Shown here piece by piece: positions 42,608 to 57,258 of a DNA stretch of 64,000 nt. Position 1 is the first letter of the stretch; the number at the start of each line of letters is the position of its first letter. The stretch is from positions 128,001-192,000 of the forward strand of contig CAXXLV010000001.1 of NCBI GenBank assembly GCA_963664305.2. Direction: 5' to 3'. The translations under genes were made by a program, and so were the position numbers. The stretch is from an uncultured Aliarcobacter sp. (GTDB lineage: Bacteria > Campylobacterota > Campylobacteria > Campylobacterales > Arcobacteraceae). The notes under the pieces are model-generated. The model made no database searches, was not told where the DNA came from, and saw nothing but the letters and a program-made list of their open reading frames with translations.

Positions 42608-43733
42608 TGATTATTTCCTTTAAAGTTTTAATTACAAATTCTTGCTCTGTATCACTTAATAAAGGATAAAGAGGTAAAGAAAAACATTGTTCATAGTATT
42701 CATCCATAATAGGTGTTATTTCATTACCATAACCTAAAGATTTATAATAAGGTTGTTTATTTATAGGTATATAATGAACTTGTATTCCAATATTCTTTTC
42801 TCTTAATTTAAAAAATAATTCTTCTTTTGTAGTATTACTTTTTGAGAAATCTACTTTTACTACATAAAGATGATATGAAGATTTATTATCAAAGAAGTAT
42901 AAAGGATTAATATTTGTGTTTTTAAAGGCTTCATCATACTTTTGTGCAAGTTTTTTTCTTCGTTCTATAAAACTATCAAGCTTTTTAAGTTGAGACAAAC
43001 CTAAAGCACACTGAATATCTGTTATTCTATAGTTATAGCCTAATTCTACCATTTGATATTCCCAAGGTTTCATATCCTCAGTTTTTGACATTCCATGAGA
43101 TCTTAATAAAAGAAGTTTTTCATAAATTTCTTTACTATTAGTTGTAATAGCACCACCTTCTGCAGTAGTAAGATGTTTAACTGGATGAAAAGATAATATA
43201 CTACAATCACTATTTGTACAACTACCTGCCTTAATATTATTATCAATTGCCCCTATAGAATGAGCACAATCTTCTAAAACTTTTATATTATAAGTTTCTC
43301 TAAGATATTTTAATTTTTCCTGATTTATAGGGTTCCCTGAGAAATGTACTGCATAAATAGCTTTAATTTTAGGATCATCTTTCAGTTTTTCTTCACACAA
43401 ATCTAAATCAATATTACCATCAGAACATATATCTACAAATATCGGTTTTGCTTGTGCATATAAAATTGAGTTTGAAGTAGCTAAAAAAGAGTTTGGTGTT
43501 GTTAAAACTTTATCTTCTTTTTCTAATAAACATAATGAAGCAATATGTAAAGCAGCTGTTCCATTAGCAACTGCAACACAATATTTTGCTTCACAATAAG
43601 AAGCTATAGCTTCTTCAAATTGTTTTATTATTGGTCCTGTTGTTAAATAATCTGATTTTAGAGTATTCACAACTTCTAAAATATCATTTTCATCTATATA
43701 TTGTTTACCATAAGGAATAAAACTATTATTCAT
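42600..43733 (-). CDS. pseC: Aminotransferase PseC
   Basis: IPYGKQ, LTTGP, EDCAH, SFHPVKHLTTAEGG, QVHYIP. Confidence 0.92.
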   Translation of the reverse strand: MNNSFIPYGKQYIDENDILEVVNTLKSDYLTTGPIIKQFEEAIASYCEAKYCVAVANGTAALHIASLCLLEKEDKVLTTPNSFLATSNSILYAQAKPIFVDICSDGNIDLDLCEEKLKDDPKIKAIYAVHFSGNPINQEKLKYLRETYNIKVLEDCAHSIGAIDNNIKAGSCTNSDCSILSFHPVKHLTTAEGGAITTNSKEIYEKLLLLRSHGMSKTEDMKPWEYQMVELGYNYRITDIQCALGLSQLKKLDSFIERRKKLAQKYDEAFKNTNINPLYFFDNKSSYHLYVVKVDFSKSNTTKEELFFKLREKNIGIQVHYIPINKQPYYKSLGYGNEITPIMDEYYEQCFSLPLYPLLSDTEQEFVIKTLKEIINV

Positions 43734-43734
43734 T

Positions 43735-46466
<2,732 letters not shown>

Positions 46467-46517
46467 TTAAAATTAAACCTTATTTGAGATATTAGAAATG
46501 AATTTATCATTTTTATT

Positions 46518-48533
46518 TTATTTACCATTATTAATTCCACCAAAAATTAAATTATCTATAAAATAACTTGCTTGTTCCAAACTTCCATCTAAACTATGAT
46601 GGTCATCATCTGCATAAAGCATTTTATCATCTTTTATAGCATAGCAATATTTATCATCACAATATAAATCTTTTGGGTCAAGAATATTTATATTTTTATA
46701 CTTCTTAGATAAATTATAAATGAAGTTTCTATATTCTCCTGCCCTATTTAAATATGAATCTAAAGTCAATCTACAATTATTTGGAAACAAATTAAAAGGT
46801 CTTATCATACAATTCTTTGGAGAAAATCCAAGTTCTGGATTTTCCATAAGATAATAAAACTTTACTTTCTTATTATTCTCAAAATATGAAAAAGTTTTTT
46901 CTACTACTTCAAAAAAGTTCTGCTTTTGATTATAATCTTTTAGATTATCAAAAAAGTCTTCATAATGGTAATTCCAATTTTTTCCACCTCTTTCAATAAC
47001 TCCAAAACCTACATCATACATATAACCCATTCTAGTTGTCAGAATAACTTTTTGAATATTCAAGTTAGTATTTATTAACGCATAAACAGTTTCGATTTTT
47101 TTCCTACATTGGTTTAAATCAGCAATACTTTTACCCATAGGTCCATTTAAGTAAGTAGGGCAAGATGAATTTGCTAAAAGTATAGTTTCATATCCATACT
47201 TTTTAAATTCTTCAGCAAATCCATGATATGAAGTATGAGCATGGCTATCTCCTATGATTAAAACATATTTTTTATATACTTCATCTGAAGTTGATTTTAT
47301 ATAGTCATTTAATGGTTTGTATCCTAAAGTTTTCGTAAGTAAAGATACCCCTAATTCATTCTGTGCTGGAGTTCTAATAAACTGTTTTACAAACTTTTCA
47401 TTTAATTCAAGATGAGTTCTATTTGGTAATCCATCTTTTTTTGCAATATAATTTCCCAAAATACTAATAATCAAAACTATTATAATCAAAATAAATGCAA
47501 ACGAGTAACTGCTTTTTGCTCTTGCATAAATTTCAATATACCTATATGTAAAATATGCTAACAATATAGATAAAAATATAAGTATTAATCCCATATTTAT
47601 ATCTATTTCAAATCCAAATATATGTGCAAAACTTATTATTACATAATGCCATAAATATAAAGGAAAACTAATAAGTCCTATAAACACTAAAATACTATTA
47701 GAAAATATTGTTTTTGTTTTATCATAAGATAAGCTTAAAATTAATATAGCACTAAAAAAGACTATTATAAATGTTTTATAAGTATTAAAAGAAATATTAT
47801 TGTATGAAATTATAATTGAAATGAAAAATGATATATATATTAAAGTCTTATATTTATTCAATATCTCAAAAACATTTTTATGTTTATAAGAAATTATAAA
47901 TACTAATCCGCCAAGAGCTAATTCCCAAACACGAGATAAAGTGTGATAGAATTTATCAAATTCACCTACTAAGGATAAAGCAAAAAGTATCAAAAATAGT
48001 ATTGTTAATGAATGAACTATATTTAATCTTATTTTATATAAAAGTATTAAAACAATTGGCCAAAATATATAAAATTGTTCCTCAATAGCTAAAGACCAAA
48101 AATGTAAAAGTGGTTTTAAAATTGCAGATTGATCCCAATATCCTACTTCTTTAATTAATCTAAAATTTTCATAAAACAATGCTGATGATTTTATATGTGC
48201 CCCAAGTTGTTTTAATTCACTTGGAAACATAAATAAGTAGCCAACAGCCAATGTTATAATAAGCACTACAATTAAAGTTGGAAAGATTCTTCTTACACGG
48301 TTTCTATAAAATTCTTTTAAAGAAAAAACATTTGACTCTAATTTTGTATATATTATTTGTGTAATCAAATATCCTGACAATACAAAAAAAACATCAACGC
48401 CAACATAGCCAAAAGAAAAACTCTCTGGCCATATATGAAATAAAAGGACTAGAGATATTGCAATACCTCTTAATCCATCAATAGAAGGATTATATTTTAA
48501 ACTATGATTAACTACTGGAATAAATGTTCTCAA
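46518..48533 (-). CDS. Second acyltransferase-3/SGNH O-acyltransferase
   Basis: IDGLRGIA, GVDVFFVLSGYLIT, HFWSLAIEEQFY, GDSHA, DDHH. Confidence 0.9.
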   Translation of the reverse strand: MRTFIPVVNHSLKYNPSIDGLRGIAISLVLLFHIWPESFSFGYVGVDVFFVLSGYLITQIIYTKLESNVFSLKEFYRNRVRRIFPTLIVVLIITLAVGYLFMFPSELKQLGAHIKSSALFYENFRLIKEVGYWDQSAILKPLLHFWSLAIEEQFYIFWPIVLILLYKIRLNIVHSLTILFLILFALSLVGEFDKFYHTLSRVWELALGGLVFIISYKHKNVFEILNKYKTLIYISFFISIIISYNNISFNTYKTFIIVFFSAILILSLSYDKTKTIFSNSILVFIGLISFPLYLWHYVIISFAHIFGFEIDINMGLILIFLSILLAYFTYRYIEIYARAKSSYSFAFILIIIVLIISILGNYIAKKDGLPNRTHLELNEKFVKQFIRTPAQNELGVSLLTKTLGYKPLNDYIKSTSDEVYKKYVLIIGDSHAHTSYHGFAEEFKKYGYETILLANSSCPTYLNGPMGKSIADLNQCRKKIETVYALINTNLNIQKVILTTRMGYMYDVGFGVIERGGKNWNYHYEDFFDNLKDYNQKQNFFEVVEKTFSYFENNKKVKFYYLMENPELGFSPKNCMIRPFNLFPNNCRLTLDSYLNRAGEYRNFIYNLSKKYKNINILDPKDLYCDDKYCYAIKDDKMLYADDDHHSLDGSLEQASYFIDNLIFGGINNGK

Positions 48534-48535
48534 CT

Positions 48536-49630
48536 TTATAAATTCTCAACAATATATTCTATTTCCTCATCTGTTAAATAAGGATTCATAGGTAAACTCA
48601 TGATTTCGTTTGACACATCTTCAGAAATTGGGAAATCACCTTTTTTATAGCCAAGATATTCAAAACACTCTTGTAAATGTAATGGCATTGGATAATGCAC
48701 TGCTGTTGGAATCTCAGCAAGTTTTAATTTTTCTTGTAAATTATCTCTATTTTTTAATCTTACAGAGTATTGAGCCCAAGCAGATGTAGCCTTTTCATCT
48801 ACAAATGGAAGTACTAAATTTGCTTTAGATTCTAATGCTTTTGTATATTTAGAAGCTACTTCTTGTCTTAAAGCCAAATCTTTTGGATAATATTTTAGTT
48901 TTACATTTAAAACAGCTGCTTGTATAGTATCAAGCCTTCCACCCATTCCTATATATTTATGATGGTATCTTTTTGATTGACCATGAAGTCTCAAACTTTT
49001 CATTTTAATTGCTATTTCTTCATCATTTGTAAAAACAGCTCCTCCATCTCCATAGCACCCAAGAGGTTTTGCAGGGAAAAATGAAGTTGTTGATATATCA
49101 CCTAAATTAGAATCCATAATTCCACCATAAGTACTTCCAAAACTTTGAGCACCATCTATTATTACTTTTAAGTTGTGTTTTTTAGCAATTTCACTTATTT
49201 TATCTATACCAGCTGGTTGCCCGTAAAGTGATACAGGAATTATTGCTTTTGTTTTAGGTGTTATTTTTTCTTCTATTAAATCAGGATTTATATTGTAAGT
49301 TTTCTCATCAATATCAACAAATACAGGAGTTGCTCCTAAAAATGCTATTGTTTCAGCAGTTGCAATAAAGGTAAATGGTGTAGTTATTACTTCATCTCCT
49401 GGTTTTATATCAAGTGCCATCATAGCAAGTAATAATGCATCTGTACCATTACTACAAGATACAGCATATTTTACACCTGTAAATTCTTCAAGATTCTTTT
49501 CTAACTCTTGAACTTCATTTCCCATAATAAAGTTACAATTTCTAGCAACTTTTAAAATTGCTTCTTCTATCTCATCTTTATATAATTCATGTTGATAGTG
49601 TAAGTTTGCAAAATCAATCTTCATTTTCAC
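48536..49630 (-). CDS. wbpE: DegT/DnrJ aminotransferase WbpE/WlbC
   Basis: [28 protein letters not shown]; follows wbpB-wbpD. Confidence 0.88.
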   Translation of the reverse strand: MKMKIDFANLHYQHELYKDEIEEAILKVARNCNFIMGNEVQELEKNLEEFTGVKYAVSCSNGTDALLLAMMALDIKPGDEVITTPFTFIATAETIAFLGATPVFVDIDEKTYNINPDLIEEKITPKTKAIIPVSLYGQPAGIDKISEIAKKHNLKVIIDGAQSFGSTYGGIMDSNLGDISTTSFFPAKPLGCYGDGGAVFTNDEEIAIKMKSLRLHGQSKRYHHKYIGMGGRLDTIQAAVLNVKLKYYPKDLALRQEVASKYTKALESKANLVLPFVDEKATSAWAQYSVRLKNRDNLQEKLKLAEIPTAVHYPMPLHLQECFEYLGYKKGDFPISEDVSNEIMSLPMNPYLTDEEIEYIVENL

Positions 49631-50205
49631 TCTTCTATTAAAATTAAATTATCATTTTCTATTTTATATTTACTATTATCAAAGCTATCAATAGCAATAT
49701 TACTTTCATCAAATTTTAAAGTATTTCCAGCTTTTGAAACCCAACCAATTTGACGTGCAGGAACTCCTACCATAAGGGCATATGGCTTAACATCTTTATT
49801 TACAACTGTTCCACTTCCAATAAGAGCATATTCACCAATAGTTACACCACAAACAATAGTTGCATTTGCTCCAATAGAACATCCTTTTTTAAGAATTGTT
49901 TTTTTAAACTCTTCACGTCTAACAATAAATGCTCTTGGATTTGTAACGTTCGTAAAAACCATTGAAGGTCCTAAAAATACATCATCTTCTACTTTTACAC
50001 CTTCGTAAATAGATATATTGTTCTGAACCTTTACACCATTTCCAATATTTACTTTAGGTCCAACAACGCAGTTTTGTCCAAAAGAACAATTACTTCCAAT
50101 ATTTGAACCACTTAAAATATGTGAAAAATGCCATATTTTAGTATCATCCCCAATAATTACATTATCATCTACATAAGATGACTCGTGAGCAAAATAAGAA
50201 GCCAT
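49627..50205 (-). CDS. wbpD: Hexapeptide N-acetyltransferase WbpD/WlbB
   Basis: [29 protein letters not shown]. Confidence 0.9.
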   Translation of the reverse strand: MASYFAHESSYVDDNVIIGDDTKIWHFSHILSGSNIGSNCSFGQNCVVGPKVNIGNGVKVQNNISIYEGVKVEDDVFLGPSMVFTNVTNPRAFIVRREEFKKTILKKGCSIGANATIVCGVTIGEYALIGSGTVVNKDVKPYALMVGVPARQIGWVSKAGNTLKFDESNIAIDSFDNSKYKIENDNLILIEE

Positions 50206-51173
50206 TAGATTAATACCTTTTTACAGAAAGGATGATATTCCCCATTTAATCCAAGAGGAGTTAGTTTTCTAATAACTGAAACAATATTTATAGAATTTCT
50301 AGCTTCCTCAAGTCCGAATCCACCACCATTTAAGATATGTTCATAAGATCTTGTATGTAAATCTGTAAATCCTTCTGAGAATTCAAACTCTTCACCATCA
50401 ACTGTTATACTTCTAAAAGTTGTTTTTCCACTAGCTTTTATATCTTCTGGAATATAATTGTAATTTACACTTAAAAACCATCTTACATTTGCATTTTTAA
50501 GTTTCATAAATCCTGCATTTGCATCTGCTTCTTTTAAATGAACAATATTTTCCTCTATAGGTCCAAATATCCAAGATAACATATCAAAAAAGTGAACACC
50601 AATATTTGATGCAATTCCACCTGATTTTGCTTCATCACCTTTCCAAGAAACAAAGTACCATTTTCCTCTACTTGTAAGATAAGTTAAATCTATATCATAA
50701 ACTTTATTTGGATTTTGTTCTAATTCTTTTGCTATTTTTTCTTTTAATGCAATGATTGAATCATGAAGTCTTAGTTGTAAAATATTATAAACCTTTTTAC
50801 CAGTTTCTTCTTCTATTATTTTTAATTGATCGATATTATGTGGATTTAAAACTAATGGTTTCTCACATATTGCATGAGCACCATTTTTAAGTGCAAATCT
50901 TATATGAGAATCATGTAAATAATTTGGAGTTGTAATTCCAATATATTCTATTTTTTTATTACCATCTCTATGCCATTTATCAACAAATCTATCAAATCTT
51001 TCAAACTCAGTAAAAAAATGAGCTTGTGGAAAGTTACTATCCATTATTCCAATACCATCATAAGGATCAAGAGCAGCAACTAAATCATTCCCTGTTTCTT
51101 TTATCGCTTTCATATGTCTTGGTGCAATATATCCTGATGCACCTATAAGTGCAAAATTCTTTTTATTTGGCAT
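50205..51173 (-). CDS. wbpB: UDP-GlcNAcA 3-dehydrogenase WbpB/WlbA
   Basis: [42 protein letters not shown]; start at 51173 after GGGAG. Confidence 0.9.
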   Translation of the reverse strand: MPNKKNFALIGASGYIAPRHMKAIKETGNDLVAALDPYDGIGIMDSNFPQAHFFTEFERFDRFVDKWHRDGNKKIEYIGITTPNYLHDSHIRFALKNGAHAICEKPLVLNPHNIDQLKIIEEETGKKVYNILQLRLHDSIIALKEKIAKELEQNPNKVYDIDLTYLTSRGKWYFVSWKGDEAKSGGIASNIGVHFFDMLSWIFGPIEENIVHLKEADANAGFMKLKNANVRWFLSVNYNYIPEDIKASGKTTFRSITVDGEEFEFSEGFTDLHTRSYEHILNGGGFGLEEARNSINIVSVIRKLTPLGLNGEYHPFCKKVLI

Positions 51174-51174
51174 T

Positions 51175-52422
51175 TTATAATCTCCCATCGCTATCTTTTA
51201 AAATACCTTTGATATCATAAATAACTTGATTTTCATTTTCAAAAGTTAAAGTTTTATATTTATCATGTGATACTGCCATCACAACTGCTTCATAATCATC
51301 GAAATTAACATCATTATCTAAATTTAAATTATATTCATGTCTTACTTCTTCTTTATCTGCCCAATAATCTGACACAGTAATATCACATCCAAATTCTTTC
51401 AATTCTTCTATTACATCAATTACTCTACTATTTCTTATATCAGGACAATTTTCTTTAAAAGTAATTCCAAGAACCAATACCTTTGAACCTTCTATCTTAT
51501 GACCTTTTTTTATCATAAGTTTTATAACCTGATTTGCTACATAAATTCCCATATTATCATTTAATCGTCTTCCAGCTAGAATAATTTCAGGGTTATAACC
51601 TATACTTTGAGCTTTATGAGTTAAATAGTATGGATCAACACCAATACAGTGTCCTCCTACAAGACCTGGTCTAAATGGTAAAAAGTTCCATTTTGTTCCA
51701 GCAGCTGCTAACACATCATTTGTATTGATTCCAAGTTTATTAAAAATGATTGCTAATTCATTTACAAAGGCTATATTTATATCTCTTTGAGAGTTCTCTA
51801 TAACTTTTGCAGCTTCTGCAACTTTTATAGTAGGTGCTAAATGAGTACCTGCTGTTATAATACTAGCATATAGTTCATTCACTTTTTTACCAATTTCAGG
51901 GGTACTTCCTGATGTTACTTTAAGTATTTTAGTTACAGTATGTTCTTTGTCTCCTGGATTAATTCTTTCTGGACTATATCCACAGAAGAAATCAATATTA
52001 AAAGTCAATCCTGAAAATTTCTCTAGAACGGGAACACAGTCTTCTTCTGTAGCTCCTGGATAAACAGTTGATTCGTAGATAACAATATCATCTTTTTTAA
52101 GCACTTTTCCTATCGTTTCACTAGCTTTTATAAGAGGAGTTAAATCTGGTCTTTTATTTTTATCTATTGGTGTTGGAACGGTTACTATGTAAATATTACA
52201 GTCTTCTATATCTTTTGTATCAAGAGTAAATTTCATACCATTTTTTATAGCTTCTTTTACTTGATTTTCTGATAATTCTAAAGTTCTATCATAACCACTC
52301 GACAATTCATCAATTCTCCATTTTGATATATCAAATCCTACTACTTGATATTTTGAAGAAAATGCATGAGCTAGAGGAAGCCCAACATATCCAAGACCTA
52401 TTACACAAATTTTATTTCCCAT
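51175..52422 (-). CDS. wbpO: UDP-N-acetylhexosamine 6-dehydrogenase (WbpO/TviB)
   Basis: Same motifs as 12074-13318; start at 52422 after AAGGAG. Confidence 0.9.
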   Translation of the reverse strand: MGNKICVIGLGYVGLPLAHAFSSKYQVVGFDISKWRIDELSSGYDRTLELSENQVKEAIKNGMKFTLDTKDIEDCNIYIVTVPTPIDKNKRPDLTPLIKASETIGKVLKKDDIVIYESTVYPGATEEDCVPVLEKFSGLTFNIDFFCGYSPERINPGDKEHTVTKILKVTSGSTPEIGKKVNELYASIITAGTHLAPTIKVAEAAKVIENSQRDINIAFVNELAIIFNKLGINTNDVLAAAGTKWNFLPFRPGLVGGHCIGVDPYYLTHKAQSIGYNPEIILAGRRLNDNMGIYVANQVIKLMIKKGHKIEGSKVLVLGITFKENCPDIRNSRVIDVIEELKEFGCDITVSDYWADKEEVRHEYNLNLDNDVNFDDYEAVVMAVSHDKYKTLTFENENQVIYDIKGILKDSDGRL

Positions 52423-52423
52423 T

Positions 52424-53458
52424 TTATTTAACTCCTTTAATATCATTTATATACCAATTCAAAGATTCTTTTAATCCATCTTCTAAACAATGCGTAGGTT
52501 CATATCCTAAAAGCTTTTTTGCTTGATCTATATTTGCATTCGAATGCCTTATATCTCCAACTCTAAAATCTCTATAAATCGCATCCTTGATTTTTAATTC
52601 TGGTAATTTTTCTTCTAAACCTTTTTTTATTGCACTAAAAAGATTATTTAAAGTTTCTCTGCCACCTGCAGCTATATTATAGGCTTTCGCAAAAGCTTCA
52701 GTATTTGTTGTGATTCCGGCTAATATATTTGCCTGAACAACATTATCAATATATGTAAAATCTCTACTTGTCTCACCATCTCCATTTATAAAAACATCTT
52801 CATTGTTTAACATAGAAGATATCCACTTTGGCATTACAGCAGCATACGCACCATTTGGATCCTGTCTTTTTCCAAAAACATTAAAATATCTAAGTCCTAT
52901 TGATTCAAATCCATAACACTTATAAAAAACACCCATATAAAGTTCATTTACATATTTGGTAACTGCATAAGGAGATAATAAATTTCCAGTTTTATTTTCT
53001 ATTTTCGGTAATTCTAAACTATCTCCATAAACTGAAGAGCTAGAAGCGTAAACAAATCTTTTTACGCCATTATCTTTAGAAGCTGTAAGCATATTTAAAA
53101 ATCCACTTACATTTGAAGCATTCGAATTTATTGGATTATCTATTGATCTAGGAACAGAACCAAGTGCTGCTTGATGAAGGACAATATCTATATTCTTTGT
53201 TATTTCAACACAAGTGTTATAATTTGTAATGTCACCTTCTAGAAAATTAAAATTATTCCATTGTTCTTTTGATATAGAATTTTTTACATGTTCTAAATTG
53301 TGTTTATATCCAGTCGAAAAATTATCAAGCCCAACTACTTTTTGATTTAATTGTAAAAGTGTTTCAATTAAATTCGAACCAATAAATCCCGCACAACCTG
53401 TAATTAACCATGTTTGTGGATTTTCTACTAGTTTTTGTTTTATCTCATTATATCTCAT
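52424..53458 (-). CDS. wbpP: UDP-GlcNAc(A) 4-epimerase (WbpP/TviC)
   Basis: [42 protein letters not shown]. Confidence 0.9.
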   Translation of the reverse strand: MRYNEIKQKLVENPQTWLITGCAGFIGSNLIETLLQLNQKVVGLDNFSTGYKHNLEHVKNSISKEQWNNFNFLEGDITNYNTCVEITKNIDIVLHQAALGSVPRSIDNPINSNASNVSGFLNMLTASKDNGVKRFVYASSSSVYGDSLELPKIENKTGNLLSPYAVTKYVNELYMGVFYKCYGFESIGLRYFNVFGKRQDPNGAYAAVMPKWISSMLNNEDVFINGDGETSRDFTYIDNVVQANILAGITTNTEAFAKAYNIAAGGRETLNNLFSAIKKGLEEKLPELKIKDAIYRDFRVGDIRHSNANIDQAKKLLGYEPTHCLEDGLKESLNWYINDIKGVK

Positions 53459-53469
53459 TATATCTCATT
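53441..53469. repeat. 10-bp tandem repeat x3 (TATCTCATTA) at the galE/wbpP junction
   Basis: Directly visible; third copy ends in C instead of A. Confidence 0.9.
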
Positions 53470-54495
53470 CTTCTTACTTTTATACCCATCTGGATTATTG
53501 CTTTGCCATCTATAGCTATCAACACACATATCTTCCAAACTTCTTTCTGCTTTCCATCCAAGTACTTCTTTTGCATAAGATGGATTTGCATAACAAGTTG
53601 CTATATCTCCTGCTCTTCTATCTACTATTTTATATGGAATTTTTTTTTCACTTACTTTTTCAAAAGTTTTTACCATATCAAGTACACTATAACCTATTCC
53701 TGTTCCTAAATTTACTATTAATGGTTTCATTATATCTTTTGAGTTTAAATAATCTATTGCTTTTACATGTCCATTTGCCAAATCAACTACATGGATATAA
53801 TCTCTCACACCTGTTCCATCATGTGTATCATAATCTGTTCCTAAAATATTTAAATATTCTCTTTTTCCAACAGCTACTTGAGAAATATATGGCATTAGAT
53901 TATTTGGTATTCCATTTGGCTCTTCACCTATCAGTCCACTTTCATGTGCTCCAACTGGATTAAAGTATCTTAAAATTACAATTTTAAAAGAGTTATCTGA
54001 AAGATATAAATCTTTTAAAATTCTTTCTATCATATATTTACTTGTACCATATGGATTTGTTGTATTTCCTATTGGAAAATCTTCTTTTATAGGATTAGAT
54101 TTAGGATTTCCATATACAGTTGCTGAACTTGAAAAAACTATTTTTTTACAATTAAATTCTTTCATAACTTCAAGAAGTCTAATAGTTCCAACAATATTAT
54201 TATCATAATATTCTAAAGGTTTTTCTACTGATTCTCCAACAGCTTTTAATCCAGCAAAGTGGATAACAGAATCTATATCATATTTCTCAAATACTTTTTT
54301 TAAAAGTTCTTTATCTCTTATATCACCCTCTTCTAAAGAAATAGATTTATTTATAATTTTTTCTACTCTTTTAATACTTTCTTTTGAAGAATTTGATAAA
54401 TTATCATACACTACAAAATCATAACTCGCTTCACTTAAAGCAATAAGAGTATGAGAACCTATATATCCAGCTCCACCTGTTATTAATATAGACAT
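53458..54495 (-). CDS. galE: UDP-glucose 4-epimerase
   Basis: [43 protein letters not shown]. Confidence 0.95.
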   Translation of the reverse strand: MSILITGGAGYIGSHTLIALSEASYDFVVYDNLSNSSKESIKRVEKIINKSISLEEGDIRDKELLKKVFEKYDIDSVIHFAGLKAVGESVEKPLEYYDNNIVGTIRLLEVMKEFNCKKIVFSSSATVYGNPKSNPIKEDFPIGNTTNPYGTSKYMIERILKDLYLSDNSFKIVILRYFNPVGAHESGLIGEEPNGIPNNLMPYISQVAVGKREYLNILGTDYDTHDGTGVRDYIHVVDLANGHVKAIDYLNSKDIMKPLIVNLGTGIGYSVLDMVKTFEKVSEKKIPYKIVDRRAGDIATCYANPSYAKEVLGWKAERSLEDMCVDSYRWQSNNPDGYKSKKNEI

Positions 54496-54549
54496 TTATT
54501 TAACTCTTTATTTTGCAATGTATTTTCCTAATTAAAATTTTAGTTGGAT

Positions 54550-54558
54550 ATTATATCA
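54550..54558 (-). promoter_or_regulatory. Extended -10 promoter (TGATATAAT) of the glycan operon
   Basis: TGnTATAAT about 55 nt upstream of galE. Confidence 0.6.
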
Positions 54559-55076
54559 AATCAAATTACTCTTTTTTGACTTTTTTTAATCAAAAAAGTA
54601 ATTCAGATCTAAATCTCAATTAAATCTTATTTATTGTGTATTTTTGTAACTTTTGTGATTTATAGTTAATATTGTATTCAAATAATGCTGATAATTTGGT
54701 TATTTTTTATATTTATCTCAGACTTTATAAAAATAAAATTAGAGATAAATAGCTAATTATAATTACAATAAAAATTCAATGTAATATATCAAATTCCATT
54801 TTCATAGATTTATTTATCCTACAATAAAATATAATAATATAACACAAAAGACTCATAAAAGACTTTCTTTTCATTTTTTATATGAGATTAAATAAAAATT
54901 TTATCCAATAATTGTTACTTGTTTCACAAAAAAAGTTATTTATCAATCATTTTGTAGTTATAATTTAACTTTAATGACTCAAAAAATGGAGAAATGCAAC
55001 ATAAAAAGATGGAATATGAAACTATAAAAAACCCTAAAACTCCACAAAAAAGACTATAAAAAAATCACCTCAATTT

Positions 55077-56786
55077 TTAATTCCTCCTTATCCTATATTC
55101 ACTTTTTTTCTCAATTCCACTAGAATAAACAATACTGTTTTCATAAATCCCCTCACAAACCTCAATAGCCTCTTTAGTACTTAAATTCAATTCTCTTTGT
55201 AAAAAATCAATTACATTTTTTGGTTTTTGTTTATTTGTAGTGTTATCTATTTTATTATCTTCTGTTATTATAAAATTTGAAATATCAAGTTTATAATTAT
55301 CTTTTGCAAATTCAAGGATTAAATTTGCATCAAGTTTTTCTTTTAGTTCTTGCAAATTTATTTTAGAAGTTAAATCTTCATTTTGCAAATTTACCTTTTG
55401 TTGTTGAATTGGTGATTTTGCTCTTTTAATTTCTATTTGATTTTCTTTTTTATTTTTTAAAATTAAAGCAGCAATTTGTCTATTTGCTTCAGTTACAAAC
55501 TCTTCATTTCCACTTGGTTTTATATTTTCTAGTTTCCAGTTTTTTGCAAGGGCTATTTCAATCATAATTTTTACTTCTTCTTGTATGTTATTTGAATTAA
55601 AATTAGAGATTATTTGATCTTCTAAATCAACAATTTTAATATTTTTTGAGAAGTTAGTAATAATTACTTGATTATCTATTTTTTTAATATAATAGCCTTG
55701 TAGTTTATCTTTAATTAGATAATCATAGTGTTTATAAAAAAGTTTTTGTTGATATGATTGATAAGTAAAAGAGTTTATATTATCAGTAGTTTTTTGATTT
55801 TCACAAGTATAAATATCTTGCAATAGTTCTTTTGATTTTTTACTTTTTCTTTTATAGATATTTTCAATTCTAGTTTCATAATAGCTTAGTAAAATATCTT
55901 CTAACTCTTTTTTTGATTTATGTCTTGGAAATATTCTATTTTTATCATCATTTAGAATAAATCTTGAAAAATCTTTACCATTTAGATTTAATGAGTTTGA
56001 TTTTTTATTTCTTTCTTGTAGGTTTAATATTTTTATATATTTATATGTTTTACTTCCAGCTATTTTAAAATCTATATTTTCTTTTAGCTGTAGGTTATTT
56101 TGTAAAAAGTATAAAAGTTCATCTGGTGTTTTTATATCTTTTAAAAGTTCTATCCAATTAGCTCTAGTAATTGCTATTTTACTTATTATTTTATCTTCAA
56201 GATTATTTTCATCTTGGATATTTGAATTAGTATTAGTTTCATCATTTTCATCTTTTCTAGGAATTTCAAAGTTATATTTTTTACAAACATAGCTTTGTAA
56301 AACATCATCTAAAAAAGAGTTATTAAAAAATGGTGTTCTTAATTGAGTATCATCAACTGGATTATATTTAGCAATTGCAATATGAATATGTGGAAATCTT
56401 TTTTTATTTTTTTCATTTATTTGAATTTTTGGCAAGTGAGCTTCAGCATATGCTATTACTTCGTTTTCTAAATCATAGCCACTTGTGTGATGTTTTAAAT
56501 ATATTAAAACTAGTTCTTTAAAAAGTTCATCTCTTTTTTTATCATCATCTATTTTATTTAATTTATCTATATCTTTTTGAGAAAAAGATAGTGTTATATG
56601 AATATAGTTATCTTTATAGTTTTTATATTTATTTAGATATTTTTCTGTTTGTTTAAAAGTTTGAAGATTTCCATACAGTGGAACTACTTTATCTTTTTGA
56701 TCTCTTGAGTAGATACTATCTTTTCTAGCACCTGTTATTAAATAATCTGCAAATCCTTCTTTGGCTCTTGAAATTCTAGCTATCAT
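55077..56786 (-). CDS. HUH relaxase/mobilisation nuclease with LPD7-like domain
   Basis: N-terminal DYL tyrosine, HITLSF, AEAHLPK...PHIHIAI His motif; C-terminal ALAKNW...SGNEEF..EA; directly after mobC. Confidence 0.8.
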   Translation of the reverse strand: MIARISRAKEGFADYLITGARKDSIYSRDQKDKVVPLYGNLQTFKQTEKYLNKYKNYKDNYIHITLSFSQKDIDKLNKIDDDKKRDELFKELVLIYLKHHTSGYDLENEVIAYAEAHLPKIQINEKNKKRFPHIHIAIAKYNPVDDTQLRTPFFNNSFLDDVLQSYVCKKYNFEIPRKDENDETNTNSNIQDENNLEDKIISKIAITRANWIELLKDIKTPDELLYFLQNNLQLKENIDFKIAGSKTYKYIKILNLQERNKKSNSLNLNGKDFSRFILNDDKNRIFPRHKSKKELEDILLSYYETRIENIYKRKSKKSKELLQDIYTCENQKTTDNINSFTYQSYQQKLFYKHYDYLIKDKLQGYYIKKIDNQVIITNFSKNIKIVDLEDQIISNFNSNNIQEEVKIMIEIALAKNWKLENIKPSGNEEFVTEANRQIAALILKNKKENQIEIKRAKSPIQQQKVNLQNEDLTSKINLQELKEKLDANLILEFAKDNYKLDISNFIITEDNKIDNTTNKQKPKNVIDFLQRELNLSTKEAIEVCEGIYENSIVYSSGIEKKSEYRIRRN

Positions 56787-57116
56787 TTAAAACTCTTTAT
56801 CTAAAATTGGATCTAATTGATTTTCAATAATGATAAGTTTATTGATTAGATTTTTATAGTTATAAGAATCAAGTTTTTTTAATTGGATTGAATAATTTAA
56901 TCCATGAGTTAATTGATTAATGTTTGTACCAATTTTATTTATATTCCAAATTAACTCTTTTATATCTTTTTTATTTGATGGTTTTACATTAATATTTGAA
57001 GATTCAATATATTTAATTAAAAACTGTGTGCTATTCATATTAAGAGCTTTTGCTTTAAAATCAAGTAATTGTTTTTGTTGTTGTGATAATCTAAATTTAA
57101 ACATTTTATCTTGCAT
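56787..57116 (-). CDS. mobC: MobC ribbon-helix-helix relaxosome accessory protein
   Basis: FKFRLS...KAKALNMNSTQFL RHH; INKIGTNINQL signature. Confidence 0.88.
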   Translation of the reverse strand: MQDKMFKFRLSQQQKQLLDFKAKALNMNSTQFLIKYIESSNINVKPSNKKDIKELIWNINKIGTNINQLTHGLNYSIQLKKLDSYNYKNLINKLIIIENQLDPILDKEF

Positions 57117-57258
57117 TAAAATCCTTTACACATTTGAAAGTTAGTAAGACCCTCAAAGACCAACTGATTTGGTTTAAGACCTAGACACAACTTACTTAAG
57201 ATTCCATATGTCTTGATTGTCCATTTTTTGTCTTATTTTTGATACATTCTTCTTCCTT
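57117..57258. other. Candidate oriT
   Basis: Non-coding, immediately upstream of mobC; phased AAGACC repeats, inverted TGTCTT copies and an ACCAA/TTGGT hairpin. Confidence 0.5.
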
